64,000 bases of DNA. It comes from an uncultured Oscillospiraceae bacterium (GTDB lineage: Bacteria; Bacillota; Clostridia; Oscillospirales; Oscillospiraceae). Positions within the stretch are counted from its first letter, which is position 1; each line of letters begins with the position of its first letter. The notes beneath the pieces were generated by a model. That model was given only the letters and a program-made list of their open reading frames with translations. It was not told the DNA's origin and ran no database searches. The stretch covers positions 18,806 to 82,805 of the forward strand of contig CALWXG010000002.1 of NCBI GenBank assembly GCA_944385435.1, in the 5' to 3' direction. Of this stretch, positions 1 through 9,927 are shown piece after piece. The position numbers and the translations under genes were made by a program.

Positions 1-580
1 GACAGATGTTGATGCAGATTGTGGAGACCGACATGACGGTTCCGATCATTGCGGTCTCCACGCTTTGCAGCGAATACATCAGCGAGTTGGAGACGGAAAA
101 TATGAGATAGGTCCAGGAGATGACGCGCAGATACCGCACGCCCTCCGCGATCACCGCCGAATCGTCCGTAAAGAGGGAGAGCACCTGACAGGGGGCGAGT
201 TTGGAGATCACGAAAAAAAGAATGCCCACCAGAAGCCCGAATTTGACCCCGACGTTGAGGATCTTCTTGATGGGGTCCGTCCGCTTCTGCCCCCAGTATT
301 GGGACGCGAGGACCACAATTCCCATCCCGATTCCCGCAGCGATTTGCTGGAGTGTAAACTGAATCTGGTTTACAAGGGTTGCACCGGAGAGGGCCAGCTC
401 CGTGTAAGTTCCCAGCATGATGTTGTCCGCCATATTGACCGCCAGAGCCGCCAGCTGCTGAAGCGTGATGACCAGCAGCAGAGGGAAAAAGGTGCGGTAA
501 AACGTCCGGTCCCTTGTGAACAGGCCGAACACCTTCTTTTCCCGATCCGGCGGCAGAACGACGCAGTTTGTATATTTCAT
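1..580 (-). CDS. MATE family efflux transporter, N-terminal ~193 aa (gene continues past the left edge)
   Basis: Hand translation of the minus strand from ATG 578-580 (GGGAGG 6 nt upstream) gives MKYTNCVVLPPDREKKVFGLFTRDRTFYRTFFPLLLVITLQQLAALAVNMADNIMLG..., followed by hydrophobic helices. This is a MATE-type N-terminus. It is missing from the track because the ORF is open at the window edge. Track ORF 65-661(+) is its antisense shadow. Confidence 0.65.
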   Translation of the reverse strand, partial: MKYTNCVVLPPDREKKVFGLFTRDRTFYRTFFPLLLVITLQQLAALAVNMADNIMLGTYTELALSGATLVNQIQFTLQQIAAGIGMGIVVLASQYWGQKRTDPIKKILNVGVKFGLLVGILFFVISKLAPCQVLSLFTDDSAVIAEGVRYLRVISWTYLIFSVSNSLMYSLQSVETAMIGTVMSVSTICINIC

Positions 581-695
581 TGTGAACCTCCCTGCAGTAA
601 ATCCTGTGAGATTATCCCACAATGCGCCGCACAAATCTTGCAGTATTCCGCCAGGATATGATAAAATATCTCCAAAACAAATCAGTGAGGTTCCT

Positions 696-1586
696 ATGCA
701 GACGTGTTCTATACCGACAGACAGGTCCATGCGCTCTACGCTGGCGTACGGGACGGACGACTTTCCGTTTGCCTGCTATCAGGATAAAATCGAAGACTGC
801 AGCAGCCGCTGTGTGGAGTGGCACTGGCACTGGCACCGGGAATTTGAATTTTCGATGGTTGTCGCGGGCCGTGTGAACTGCAAAATCGGACACAAGGTCC
901 TCAGTCTGGATGCGGGAGATGCCCTTTTTCTCAACAGCAGGACCATCCACCGCTTTGAAGCTCCGGACCACGGGACACTGAAAAATCTGATTTTCCTGCC
1001 GGAATTTCTCGCGCCCCTCTCGTCCGTTGTATTCCGGAACTACGTGCAGCCCGTCCTGTCCTCTGACTGCGAATCAATCCCGCTGGTCCGCGGCCGGCAG
1101 TCCCATGGGGAGGCGCTGCGGCTGATCCGCCGGATCTGCGAGAGCGTGGATGCCGGGGGCCCTGCGTGGGAGCTTGAGACGCAAAGGCTTGTGCTGGGCC
1201 TGTGGCAGGAGCTGTACGCGCTGTTCCGGAACGGGCGGTGGGAGAGCCGGGCGCGGGAAGATCTGGCCGCGCAGGAACGGCTGCGGGGGATGCTCTCCTA
1301 CATCCATGAAAACTATGGGGATCCGATCGCCCTGAAAGACATCTCGGCTGCGGCAAATATCAGCCCCAGTGAGGCGCTGCGCTGCTTTCATGCCGGCATT
1401 CAGACAACGCCGGTCCGGTACCTCAACCGCTATCGTCTGCGCCGGGCGGAGGAGCTGCTGCTCTCCACCAGCGACACCATCACTGCAATTGCGGCCAGCG
1501 TCGGCTTTGGCGGCAGCGGGTATTTTTGTAGGGTGTTCAAGCAGCAGTATGGCTGCACACCGAATGAGTTCCGGAAAAGGCGCTGA
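696..1586 (+). CDS. AraC family transcriptional regulator (cupin-like N-domain plus AraC HTH)
   Basis: The C-terminus ISAAANISPSEALRCFHAGIQTTPVRYLNRYRLRRAEELLLSTSDTITAIAASVGFGGSGYFCRVFKQQYGCTPNEFRK is a classic AraC double HTH. The start was moved to ATG 696 because track start 516 would overlap the divergent MATE gene. Confidence 0.85.
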   Translation: MQTCSIPTDRSMRSTLAYGTDDFPFACYQDKIEDCSSRCVEWHWHWHREFEFSMVVAGRVNCKIGHKVLSLDAGDALFLNSRTIHRFEAPDHGTLKNLIFLPEFLAPLSSVVFRNYVQPVLSSDCESIPLVRGRQSHGEALRLIRRICESVDAGGPAWELETQRLVLGLWQELYALFRNGRWESRAREDLAAQERLRGMLSYIHENYGDPIALKDISAAANISPSEALRCFHAGIQTTPVRYLNRYRLRRAEELLLSTSDTITAIAASVGFGGSGYFCRVFKQQYGCTPNEFRKRR

Positions 1587-1720
1587 AGAAGTGTGCCCGG
1601 CCCGGGGACAGGAGAAGCGCGTCTGAGCCGTTTTCAGGGGGCGGAAACCTGCATGTCCTGGCGGCGGGGTCAGCGCCTCCGCCTATCCCGCCCCCGGATT
1701 ATCCCAATTTGCCGCGGGGG

Positions 1721-1749
1721 TTGTAAAACCAGGGGCGGTTTGCTATAAT
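1721..1749 (+). promoter_or_regulatory. sigma-A type promoter upstream of scpA
   Basis: TTGTAA (1721-1726), 17-nt spacer, TGcTATAAT extended -10 (TATAAT 1744-1749), 44 nt before the scpA start. Confidence 0.5.
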
Positions 1750-1792
1750 ACATGAGATATTTGAATGCGGTTTCGCGGATGGAAGGTGCATT

Positions 1793-2593
1793 GTGGAGGA
1801 ACCCATCTATCACCTGGAAAAGGTGGTCAAGGCGAAGCAGGAGGACCGGGAGGACTTCAATGGCCCCCTGGACCTGATCCTGCATCTGCTGAGCAAGAAT
1901 AAGATTGAAATCCGGGACATTCAGATCTCCCTGCTCCTGGACCAGTACCTGGAGTGGATGGAGCGGCGGGAGCAGCTGAACCTGGAGATTGCCAGCGAGT
2001 TTGTCACCATGGCGGCCCACCTGATCTACATCAAGACCAGAATGCTGCTGTCCATTGAGGACGAAGAGGCCATGAGTGAGATGGAACAGCTGATGTCTGC
2101 CCTGGAGGAACATCAGCGCCATGAGAGCTATCTGAAGATCAAGGCGGTGACCCGTCCCCTGGCGGACCGCTACGAGTACGGAAAGGACTATCTGTCCAAA
2201 CAGCCGGAGCCGCTGAAGGGCGGGAAGGAATACCGGTATGTCCACGAGGCTGGGGATCTGCTCTCCGCGCTGAACGCTGCGCTGGAGCGGATTGGGAACA
2301 AGCTGCCTCCCCCGGTGCAGGCCTTTGAGGGAATTGTGGGCCGGGAGCCCTACCCGGTGGCGGACAAGGCCAGGGCGATTCTGAACCGGCTGATCCAGTT
2401 CGGTGTGACCCGATTCCGGGCCCTGTTCCGAAACAGCAGAAGCCGCTCCGAGGTGGTGGCCACCTTTCTGGCCATTCTGGAGCTGAGCAAGGCCCACCGG
2501 ATTTTCCTGGCCGGAGGTGCGGAGGACTGCACCGTGACCAGCACCGGCGAGGATCCGGATGAGGAGATTCAGGTCACGGTGGACAGCTATTGA
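1793..2593 (+). CDS. scpA: segregation and condensation protein A
   Basis: GTG start. The motif FNGPLDLILHLLSKNKIEIRDIQISLLLDQYLEWM...ASEFVTMAAHLIYIKTRMLL matches the ScpA kleisin family. It is followed by scpB. Confidence 0.9.
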   Translation: MEEPIYHLEKVVKAKQEDREDFNGPLDLILHLLSKNKIEIRDIQISLLLDQYLEWMERREQLNLEIASEFVTMAAHLIYIKTRMLLSIEDEEAMSEMEQLMSALEEHQRHESYLKIKAVTRPLADRYEYGKDYLSKQPEPLKGGKEYRYVHEAGDLLSALNAALERIGNKLPPPVQAFEGIVGREPYPVADKARAILNRLIQFGVTRFRALFRNSRSRSEVVATFLAILELSKAHRIFLAGGAEDCTVTSTGEDPDEEIQVTVDSY

Positions 2594-2615
2594 AAAATCC
2601 CGGCGGGGAAGTGAG

Positions 2616-3260
2616 GTGATTGGCGCAGTGGAGCTCAAACAGATGCAGGCTGCCATTGAGGGCATCCTGTTTGCGGCTGGGGATCCGGTGCCGGTGGAGC
2701 GGATCTGCCTGGCCCTGGAGCAGGACCGGGAGAGCGTGGACCGGGTTTGCCAGAACCTGGCCGACGAGTACAGCTATGAGCGGAGGGGGATCCGTCTGAT
2801 CCACCTGGAGGACAGCTGGCAGATGTGCTCCGCGCCGGAGCACGCGCTGGAGATCCGGAAGGCTCTGGAGAGCCGCAAGCCGCCCAAGCTGTCCCAGCCG
2901 GCGCTGGAGGCACTGGCCATTGTGGCCTACTTCCAGCCGGTGACCCGGGCCTATATCGAGCAGGTGCGCGGGGTGGACAGCTCCTACACCGTGGGGCTGC
3001 TGCTGGAGCGGGGGCTGATCTGTGAGGCGGGGCGGCTGAACGTGCCCGGCCGGCCCATGCAGTTTCGCACCACAAAGAACTTCCTGCGCACCTTCGGCCT
3101 GAGCAGCCTGGAGGACCTGCCGGAACTGCCTGCCTCCACCCAGGAGGAGGTACAGATGACCATGGAGCTGGAGTCGGCCCTGGGCCCGCTGCAGCAGCAG
3201 GAGCCGGACGGGCCGGAGCGGCCCGGGCGTGGTGAGGGAGAGGACGGGGGGCATCCATGA
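2616..3260 (+). CDS. scpB: segregation and condensation protein B
   Basis: AIEGILFAAGDPVPVERI...SQPALEALAIVAYFQPVTRAYIEQVRGVDSSYTVGLLLERGLI...GRPMQFRTTKNFLRTFGL is an ScpB signature. The start is GTG 2616 or ATG 2643; track start 2559 overlaps scpA. Confidence 0.88.
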   Translation: MIGAVELKQMQAAIEGILFAAGDPVPVERICLALEQDRESVDRVCQNLADEYSYERRGIRLIHLEDSWQMCSAPEHALEIRKALESRKPPKLSQPALEALAIVAYFQPVTRAYIEQVRGVDSSYTVGLLLERGLICEAGRLNVPGRPMQFRTTKNFLRTFGLSSLEDLPELPASTQEEVQMTMELESALGPLQQQEPDGPERPGRGEGEDGGHP

Positions 3261-3889
3261 CCTGGTGGCTCATTGTCCTCATCGTCCTGGCGGTCCTGTT
3301 CCTCCTGGGACAGATTCGCCTGGGGGCGGACATCCGGTATGAGGCGGAACAGCTGTCCGTGGCTGTGATTGCCGGGCCGGTGCGTATCCCCGTGCTTCCC
3401 GGGAAAGAGCGCCCGGACAAGCCCAAAAAGGAGAAGCAGAAAAAACAGCGCCCGGAGAAGCGGCGCAAGAAGAAACCGGAGGCGCAGCCGGAGGAAAAGC
3501 CGGGGACGCTGACCCGGATTCTGGATCTTCTGCCCGTGGTGGGGGAGGCGGCGGGAGCGCTGCGCCGGAAGATCCTGATCCGGTCCCTGAAGGTGAAGAT
3601 TATCTGGGCCGCGGCCGACGCGGCCGGTGCAGCCATCGGATTCGGACGGATCCATGGGCTGCTCGGTATGATCTGGCCGATTTTGGATCATAATTTCCGT
3701 GTAAAAGACCATGACTTTCAGGTGGACGTGGACTATGAATCCCACCGCCCGGAAGTGTCCTTTGACATTGCCCTGACCCTTACCGTGGGGCAGGCACTGG
3801 CCTTTGCCGTCCACTACGGGGCAAAGGCGCTGAGCAGGTGGAGCCGGAGCGGACGCCGCTCCCCGGAACGACAGGAGGTTAAGTCATGA
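3257..3889 (+). CDS. DUF2953/YtfI-like sporulation membrane protein
   Basis: N-terminal TM helix MTWWLIVLIVLAVLFLLGQI, a Lys/Glu-rich linker, and a position between scpB and ytfJ as in other Firmicutes. ATGA overlap with the scpB stop. Confidence 0.6.
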   Translation: MTWWLIVLIVLAVLFLLGQIRLGADIRYEAEQLSVAVIAGPVRIPVLPGKERPDKPKKEKQKKQRPEKRRKKKPEAQPEEKPGTLTRILDLLPVVGEAAGALRRKILIRSLKVKIIWAAADAAGAAIGFGRIHGLLGMIWPILDHNFRVKDHDFQVDVDYESHRPEVSFDIALTLTVGQALAFAVHYGAKALSRWSRSGRRSPERQEVKS

Positions 3890-4299
3890 GCGAACAAAAT
3901 CACCCCATCAATGAAGTGCTGCACACCACCATGTCCAAACTGCGTGAGATGGTGGACGCGAATACCGTTGTGGGTCAGCCCATTGTGACCCAGGAGGGCG
4001 TCACCCTGATTCCGGTGTCCCGGCTGTCGTTCGGGTTTGCCACGGGCGGCTCCGACTTCGGGAAGACCCCCAATGTGGGGAAGAATTTCGGCGGCGGCGC
4101 CGGCGCGGGGGTCAATGTGATCCCGGTGGCCTTCCTGATTGTGAAAGACGGCAACGTGAAGCTGCTGCCGGTGGCGCCTCCCTCCGGAGACAGCGTCAGC
4201 CGGGCGGTGGAACTGGTCCCCGAGATGTTTGACCGGGTGACCGGATATATCGACAAGAAAACCGGAGAAAAAAAGGCCGCGGAGGATAAGCGGGACTGA
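3886..4299 (+). CDS. ytfJ: GerW/YtfJ family sporulation protein
   Basis: VVGQPIVTQEGVTLIPVSRLSFGFATGGSDFG...GGGAGAGVNVIPVAFLIVKDGNVKLLPV is typical of YtfJ. AGGAGG SD; ATGA overlap with the upstream gene. Confidence 0.85.
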   Translation: MSEQNHPINEVLHTTMSKLREMVDANTVVGQPIVTQEGVTLIPVSRLSFGFATGGSDFGKTPNVGKNFGGGAGAGVNVIPVAFLIVKDGNVKLLPVAPPSGDSVSRAVELVPEMFDRVTGYIDKKTGEKKAAEDKRD

Positions 4300-4350
4300 A
4301 CCGGGTCATACTAACTCCCATCTGAATTCTTCGGATGGGAGTGACCTTTT

Positions 4351-5448
4351 GTGAGACGAGTGCTTGCGGCAGCGGCAGCGGCGGTGCTGATGGCCTGTAT
4401 GCCGCTGAGCGCACTGGCGGTGGACACATCCGCCTCCAGTGCCATCCTGATGGATGCCCAGTGCCGGCGCATCCTCTACGCCCAGGACATCCACCAGACC
4501 AGGCTGATCGCCAGTATCACCAAGCTGATGACCGCCCTGGTGGCGGCGGAGGGGGAGACTGATCTGGACCGGGTGGTGACCATCCGCCCGGAATGGCTGG
4601 GCAGCGAGGGATCGTCCATCTACCTGAAGGCGGGCGAGCAGATCACCCTGCGGGGGCTGCTCTACGGCCTGCTGCTCCAGTCCGGCAACGACGCGGCCAT
4701 GGCCCTCGCCTGTGCGGTGGCCGGGGATGAGACCTCCTTTGTGGAGCGGATGAATGAAAAAGCCCGGGAGCTGGGGATGGATCACACCAGCTTTGCCAAC
4801 CCCAGCGGGCTGAACCACGAAAATCACTACTCCACTGCCTACGATATGGCGCTGCTGGCCTGTGCCTGCCTGGAAAACGAGACGGTGGCGGAGATCTGCG
4901 CCACAAAATCCATCACCATCGGCAGCCGCACCTTTGTCAACCACAACCGGCTGCTCTATCAATACGACGGCTGCGTGGGCATGAAGACCGGCTACACCCA
5001 ACGGGCGGGGCGGACGCTGATCTCGGCCGCCCGCCGGGATGGCCAGACTCTGGTTTGCGTCACCCTCAATGACGGGAACGACTGGAAGGACCACGCGGCG
5101 CTGCTGGACTACGGGTTCGGGACCTATGCCTGCGTGCAGCTGTGCCGGCAGGGCGAGGTGCTGGGCACGGCGGCGGTTTCCGGCAGCCTGCTGCCCGCAG
5201 TGCCGGCGGCTGCGGCGCGGGACGTGTCCTTTGCGCTGAAGGAAGGGGAGACGCTGGAGTGCCGGGTGGAACTGCCTGACAGGCTGGAGGCACCGGTGGC
5301 GCCGGGAAGCGTGGTGGGCACCGCATGGTGGCTGCTGGACGGCGAGCCGGTGGCATATACGGATCTGATTTGCGCCGGAGCGGGCCGGGACCGGTACGAG
5401 CCGGAGGGCTGGTGGGCGCGTCTGACGCGGTTTCTGGAGGGCGGCTGA
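4351..5448 (+). CDS. D-alanyl-D-alanine carboxypeptidase (serine peptidase S11, DacB-like)
   Basis: Signal peptide MRRVLAAAAAAVLMACMPLSALA, SxxK (SITKLMT), SxN (SGND) and KTG (KTGYT) motifs. GTG start with GGGAG SD. Confidence 0.88.
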   Translation: MRRVLAAAAAAVLMACMPLSALAVDTSASSAILMDAQCRRILYAQDIHQTRLIASITKLMTALVAAEGETDLDRVVTIRPEWLGSEGSSIYLKAGEQITLRGLLYGLLLQSGNDAAMALACAVAGDETSFVERMNEKARELGMDHTSFANPSGLNHENHYSTAYDMALLACACLENETVAEICATKSITIGSRTFVNHNRLLYQYDGCVGMKTGYTQRAGRTLISAARRDGQTLVCVTLNDGNDWKDHAALLDYGFGTYACVQLCRQGEVLGTAAVSGSLLPAVPAAAARDVSFALKEGETLECRVELPDRLEAPVAPGSVVGTAWWLLDGEPVAYTDLICAGAGRDRYEPEGWWARLTRFLEGG

Positions 5449-5489
5449 CCCGCCCCGGAGTGAGAGATGCTTGGAGGGGAAGAGGACAC

Positions 5490-6188
5490 GTGGAGGAGCG
5501 GCTGCAGAAAATTTTATCCACAGCCGGCATCTGCTCCCGCAGAAAAGCGGAGGACTATCTGCTGGCGGGCCGGGTGACGGTCAACGGCAGAGTGGCGTCC
5601 CTGGGAGAAAAGGCGGACCCGGACCGGGACGAGGTGGCGGTGGACGGCCGTCTCCTGTCCCGGCCGTGCGGGCATACATATATCATGCTCCACAAGCCCC
5701 GGGGCTACGTCACCACCCTGAGCGACGAGAAGGGGCGCAGGACGGTGGCCCAGCTGGTGTCGGACTGCCCGGCCCGGGTATGGCCGGTGGGCAGGCTGGA
5801 CATGGACTCCGAGGGCTTGCTGCTGCTCACCGACGACGGGGAGCTGACCCATGCGCTGACCCACCCCTCCCATGAGGTGGAGAAGGAGTATCAGGTACAG
5901 GTCAGCGGCGACGTGGAGCGGGCGCTGCCCCTGCTGTCCCGGCCCATGGAACTGGACGGGGACCGGCTGGTGGCGGACCGGGTGTCCTGCATCCGTCCCG
6001 GCTGGCTGTCCGTGGTGATCCATCAGGGGAAAAACCGCCAGGTGCGCCGGATGTGCGCCGCCGCCGGGCTGCAGGTCCGCCGCCTGATCCGGATCCGGGA
6101 GGGGAATCTGCTGCTGGGCGATTTGAAGGCAGGCACCTGGCGTTTTCTCAAAAATGAGGATCTGGACCGGCTCAGACAGGGCGGATGA
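5490..6188 (+). CDS. rluB: pseudouridine synthase, RsuA/RluB family
   Basis: S4 domain (ERLQKILSTAGICSRRKAEDYLLAGRVTVNG) plus catalytic GRLDMDSEGLLLLTDDG. The start was set at GTG 5490 after the GGAGGGGAAGAGG SD; track start 5325 lies inside the dac gene. Confidence 0.88.
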   Translation: MEERLQKILSTAGICSRRKAEDYLLAGRVTVNGRVASLGEKADPDRDEVAVDGRLLSRPCGHTYIMLHKPRGYVTTLSDEKGRRTVAQLVSDCPARVWPVGRLDMDSEGLLLLTDDGELTHALTHPSHEVEKEYQVQVSGDVERALPLLSRPMELDGDRLVADRVSCIRPGWLSVVIHQGKNRQVRRMCAAAGLQVRRLIRIREGNLLLGDLKAGTWRFLKNEDLDRLRQGG

Positions 6189-6229
6189 AGGAAAATTTGC
6201 AGGAGCTGCATGAAGTCCTGCAAAAACAC

Positions 6230-6258
6230 TTGCATTTCTTCGGCGGACACGGTATGAT
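6230..6258 (+). promoter_or_regulatory. sigma-A type promoter upstream of the RpiR gene
   Basis: TTGCAT (6230-6235), 17-nt spacer, TATGAT (6253-6258). Confidence 0.45.
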
Positions 6259-6335
6259 AGTGTCTGCTGAGCCGGCTGCGCCCCGGGTGCCCGGACAGGC
6301 CGGCTGTGAGGGATGATGGAAATGGAAGTGAAGGC

Positions 6336-7208
6336 ATGAGCCGAGATATTCTTGCGGCGATTCAGTCCGGAATGGACGATTTTTCAAAAGGCCAGAAGCT
6401 GATCGGCCACTACATTCTGGACAACTACGACAAGGCCGCGTTCATGACGGCGGCAAAACTGGGGCAGACCGTGCGGGTCAGCGAATCCACCGTGGTCCGG
6501 TTTGCCTCAGAACTGGGGTATGACGGATACCCCGCCATGCAGCGGGCGCTGCAGGAGATGATCCGCAGCAAGCTCACCTCGGTGCAGCGCATTGAGGTGG
6601 CCAACGACCGGATCAGCGATGAGGACGTTCTGGCCAAGGTGGTGCAGTCCGATATTGAGAAAATCCGCCTGACGCTGGAGGAACTGAGCCGGGAGGAATT
6701 TTCCGCTGTGGTGGAGGCCATTGTCCACGCCCGGCGGATCTATATTCTGGGTGTGCGCTCCGCCTCCACGCTTTCTGATTTTCTGACCTTTTATTTCAAC
6801 CTGATTTTTGACGATGTGCGCCAGGTGCAGAGCACCCTGGCCAGCGAGATGTTCGAACAGATGCTGCGGGTGGGCCCGGAGGACGTGGTGATCGGCATCA
6901 GTTTTCCCAGATACTCCACCCGGACGGCAAGGGCCATGGAATTCGCCCGGGATCAGGGCGCCACGGTGGTGGCCATCACGGACAGCGAGCTGTCCCCCCT
7001 CTACCAGATTGCCGGCCTGCGGCTGCTGGCAAAGAGCGATATGGCCTCCTTTGTGGACTCCCTGGTGGCCCCTTTGTCTGTCATCAACGCGCTGATCGTC
7101 GCCGTGGGCCGGAAGAAACTGACCGAGGTGACCGATACCTTCAGCAGGCTGGAGCGGATCTGGGATGAGTACCATGTCTACGAGAAATCCGGACCGGCCG
7201 GCGGATAA
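6336..7208 (+). CDS. MurR/RpiR family transcriptional regulator (HTH plus SIS domain)
   Basis: FSKGQKLIGHYILDNYDKAAFMTAAKLGQTVRVSESTVVRFASELGYDGYPAMQ is an RpiR HTH. The C-terminal part is SIS-like (ILGVRSASTL...VVAITDS). Confidence 0.85.
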   Translation: MSRDILAAIQSGMDDFSKGQKLIGHYILDNYDKAAFMTAAKLGQTVRVSESTVVRFASELGYDGYPAMQRALQEMIRSKLTSVQRIEVANDRISDEDVLAKVVQSDIEKIRLTLEELSREEFSAVVEAIVHARRIYILGVRSASTLSDFLTFYFNLIFDDVRQVQSTLASEMFEQMLRVGPEDVVIGISFPRYSTRTARAMEFARDQGATVVAITDSELSPLYQIAGLRLLAKSDMASFVDSLVAPLSVINALIVAVGRKKLTEVTDTFSRLERIWDEYHVYEKSGPAGG

Positions 7209-7367
7209 TCACAGACAGCAGCATTCGGATTTTCGTCATGCGGGAATCCGAATTGTTTGTGCCCTCGCCAGGCCCCAAGGCCGCCGGAGCGGTGCGCGGC
7301 GGAGGAGAACAGCTGCGCACTGAACAAATCCGAGTTTTTGTTCAGTTGATGCGGAAAGGAAGACACT

Positions 7368-8630
7368 ATGGGATCCCCGGAAGAAAATCGGATGATCATC
7401 GCGGGCGGCGGTGCGGCCGGCATGATGGCAGCCATTACCGCAGCCCGGGCGGGCGCCGGCGTTGTGCTGATCGAGCCCAATGATAAACTGGGGCGGAAGC
7501 TGTACATCACGGGAAAGGGCCGCTGCAACGTGACCAACCACTGCTCGCTGGAGGAGTTCATGGCCAATGTGCCCCGGAACGGGAAGTTCCTCTACAGCGC
7601 CGTGTCCAGATTCCTGCCCCAGGACACCTGGGAGTTCTTTGAACAGCTGGGCGTCCCGCTGAAGACGGAGCGGGGGAACCGGGTGTTTCCCGTGTCAGAC
7701 CGGTCTGCGGATATTGTGGACGCCCTGTTTTACGAGCTGCGCCGTCTGCGGGTGCCGGTGGTGCAGGACCGGGTGGAGCATGTTCTGATTGAGCGCGGAC
7801 AGGCGGTGGGGGTGCGGGCCCGGCAGTCCGGAGACCTGCGCGGCAGCGGGGTGATTCTGGCCACCGGCGGGGCGTCCTATCCCCGCACCGGCTCCACCGG
7901 GGACGGGTACCGGCTGGCTGCCGAGGCGGGCCACACGGTGGTTCCGCCCAGAGGGTCCCTGGTCCCGCTGGAGTCGGACGATCCCTGCTGCGGACAGATG
8001 CAGGGCCTTTCCCTGCGGAATGTGGAGCTGACGGTGAAGGACCGGAAGGGAAAGCGGATCTATCGGGAACTGGGGGAGCTGCTGTTTACCCATTTCGGAC
8101 TGTCCGGGCCCCTGGTGCTGTCCGCCTCAGCCCACATGGACTTTTCCGCAAATTCGTATACCGCCCACATTGACCTGAAGCCCGCGCTGTCCGAGGAAAA
8201 GCTGGATGCCCGGCTTCTGCGGGATCTGCAGGAGCGGGCCAACCAGAATTTCTCCAACCTGCTGGGCGGGCTGGTTCCCCACTCCATGATCCCCGTGATT
8301 GCCCTTCGGTGCGGCATTCCGGGGGAGACCAAGGCCCGGGACGTGCGCCGGGAAGAGCGGCGCAGGCTGCTGGAGACCTTGAAGGATTTCAGCCTTCCCC
8401 TCACCGGGCCGCGGCCGGTGGAAGAGGCCATTGTGACGTCCGGGGGCGTAAAAGTGGGGGAAGTGAATCCGGCCACCATGGAGTCCAAACTGGTGAAGGA
8501 CCTCTACTTCGCCGGGGAACTGCTGGACACGGACGGGTATACCGGCGGATTCAATCTTCAGATTGCATGGGCCACCGGCCACGCCGCCGGGGTGGCTGCC
8601 GCCGGGCGCTGGAAGGAGAGACAAGAATGA
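7368..8630 (+). CDS. NAD(P)/FAD-dependent oxidoreductase, HI0933/YhiN (BaiN-like) flavoprotein family
   Basis: Dinucleotide fold IIAGGGAAGMMAAITAARAG, then KLYITGKGRCNVTN and FAGELLDTDGYTGGFNLQIAWATG, which are hallmarks of this family. Confidence 0.82.
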   Translation: MGSPEENRMIIAGGGAAGMMAAITAARAGAGVVLIEPNDKLGRKLYITGKGRCNVTNHCSLEEFMANVPRNGKFLYSAVSRFLPQDTWEFFEQLGVPLKTERGNRVFPVSDRSADIVDALFYELRRLRVPVVQDRVEHVLIERGQAVGVRARQSGDLRGSGVILATGGASYPRTGSTGDGYRLAAEAGHTVVPPRGSLVPLESDDPCCGQMQGLSLRNVELTVKDRKGKRIYRELGELLFTHFGLSGPLVLSASAHMDFSANSYTAHIDLKPALSEEKLDARLLRDLQERANQNFSNLLGGLVPHSMIPVIALRCGIPGETKARDVRREERRRLLETLKDFSLPLTGPRPVEEAIVTSGGVKVGEVNPATMESKLVKDLYFAGELLDTDGYTGGFNLQIAWATGHAAGVAAAGRWKERQE

Positions 8631-9331
8631 GCGGACAACATTTCAGTATTGCCATTGACGGACCCTCCGGCGCGGGGAAATCCACCCTGTCCGAGCAGCT
8701 GGCCCGGGAGCTGGGATTTCTCCATGTGGACACCGGGGCCATTTACCGCACGGTGGGACTGGCTGCCAGCCGGCGGGGCATTTCCAAGGAGGACCCGCAG
8801 GCCATTGCCGGCCTGCTGCCGGAGCTGGAGATCTCCCTGCAGTTCGGGGAGGACGGAACGCAGCGGATGCTGCTCAACGGGGAGGACGTGACCCAGGCCA
8901 TCCGCATGCACGAGATCTCCGCCTGGGCCTCAGTGGTGTCCGCCATTCCCGCCGTCCGGGAGTTTCTGCTGGATATGCAGCGCAGACTGGCCAGGGAACA
9001 CAATGTCATCATGGACGGAAGGGACATCGGCACGGTGGTGCTGCCCCAGGCGGATCTGAAGATCTATCTTACCGCGGATCCGGAGGACCGGGCCAGAAGA
9101 AGGTATCTGGAGCTGGTGGCCCGCGGCCAGCAGGCGGAGCAGGCACAGATCCTGCAGGATGTGCTGGAGCGGGACCGGCGGGATATGGAGCGCACGGTGG
9201 CGCCGCTGCGCCGAGCGGAGGACGCGGTGCTGGCGGACACCACCGGAAAAAGCCAGGAAGAGAGTTTTCAGCTGCTGCTTTCGCTGATCCGCAGCCATCT
9301 GGAACGAAAGCAGGGAGGACCGCTGTCATGA
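8627..9331 (+). CDS. cmk: cytidylate kinase
   Basis: MSGQHFSIAIDGPSGAGKSTLSEQLARELGFLHVDTGAIYR. ATGA overlap with the upstream stop. The track ORF starts far upstream in the same frame. Confidence 0.9.
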   Translation: MSGQHFSIAIDGPSGAGKSTLSEQLARELGFLHVDTGAIYRTVGLAASRRGISKEDPQAIAGLLPELEISLQFGEDGTQRMLLNGEDVTQAIRMHEISAWASVVSAIPAVREFLLDMQRRLAREHNVIMDGRDIGTVVLPQADLKIYLTADPEDRARRRYLELVARGQQAEQAQILQDVLERDRRDMERTVAPLRRAEDAVLADTTGKSQEESFQLLLSLIRSHLERKQGGPLS

Positions 9332-9927
9332 TGAAGAATAAACTGTACACTGCGGCGTACCCCTTTGTGTGGGCCTTTATGCGGATCTTTCATCCCTGGA
9401 GGAGCAAGGGGGCAGAGCAGCTTCCGGAAGGGGGCGCCGTGCTGTGCGGAAACCATACCACTCTGGGAGACCCGCTCTACGTGGTGTGCGCCATGGGCCG
9501 GCGCAGGCAGACCCACGTCATGGCCAAGGCGGAGATCATGACGTGGCCCTTCCTCGGCTGGCTGCTGAAAACCGTGGGCGTCATCGGCATCAAACGGGGA
9601 AAGGCAGATGTGGCCGCCATCAAAGAGTGCATGCGGGTGCTGAAAAAAGACGAAAAACTGCTCCTGTTTCCGGAGGGAACCCGAGTCAAGGAGGGGATGA
9701 CCATGGAGGCCCACACTGGTGCGGCCATGTTTGCCACCCGTACCGGCATGCCCATCGTACCCATCTACATCCAGCCGAAGAAGAAGCTCTTCCGCAGGAC
9801 CGCTGTGATTTTCGGCCAGCCCTATCACCCGGAATTTGCCGGCCGCAAGCCGACGCCGGAGGATTATCAGCGGATTGCCGACGATCTGATGGTCCGGATC
9901 CGAAAGTTGGGCGGTGAGCGGGAATGA
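9328..9927 (+). CDS. plsC: 1-acyl-sn-glycerol-3-phosphate acyltransferase
   Basis: HxxxxD motif (NHTTLGD) and the FPEGTR motif. Sits in the conserved cmk-plsC-rpsA neighbourhood. Confidence 0.82.
   Translation: MMKNKLYTAAYPFVWAFMRIFHPWRSKGAEQLPEGGAVLCGNHTTLGDPLYVVCAMGRRRQTHVMAKAEIMTWPFLGWLLKTVGVIGIKRGKADVAAIKECMRVLKKDEKLLLFPEGTRVKEGMTMEAHTGAAMFATRTGMPIVPIYIQPKKKLFRRTAVIFGQPYHPEFAGRKPTPEDYQRIADDLMVRIRKLGGERE

Noticed and set aside
65-661. 198-aa plus-strand ORF at the left edge.
   Set aside because: It is antisense to the MATE transporter N-terminus, which has a proper SD/ATG and TM-helix character.
2559-2615. Upstream track starts for scpB. The same applies to cmk (8309), rluB (5325), the ABC-2 permease (35234), the second M42 gene (45605), the nuclease (53120) and the helicase (54771).
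   Set aside because: These extensions overlap the preceding genes in another frame and lack an SD. In each case an internal start with an SD, or an ATGA/stop-start overlap, gives a protein with a family-typical N-terminus.
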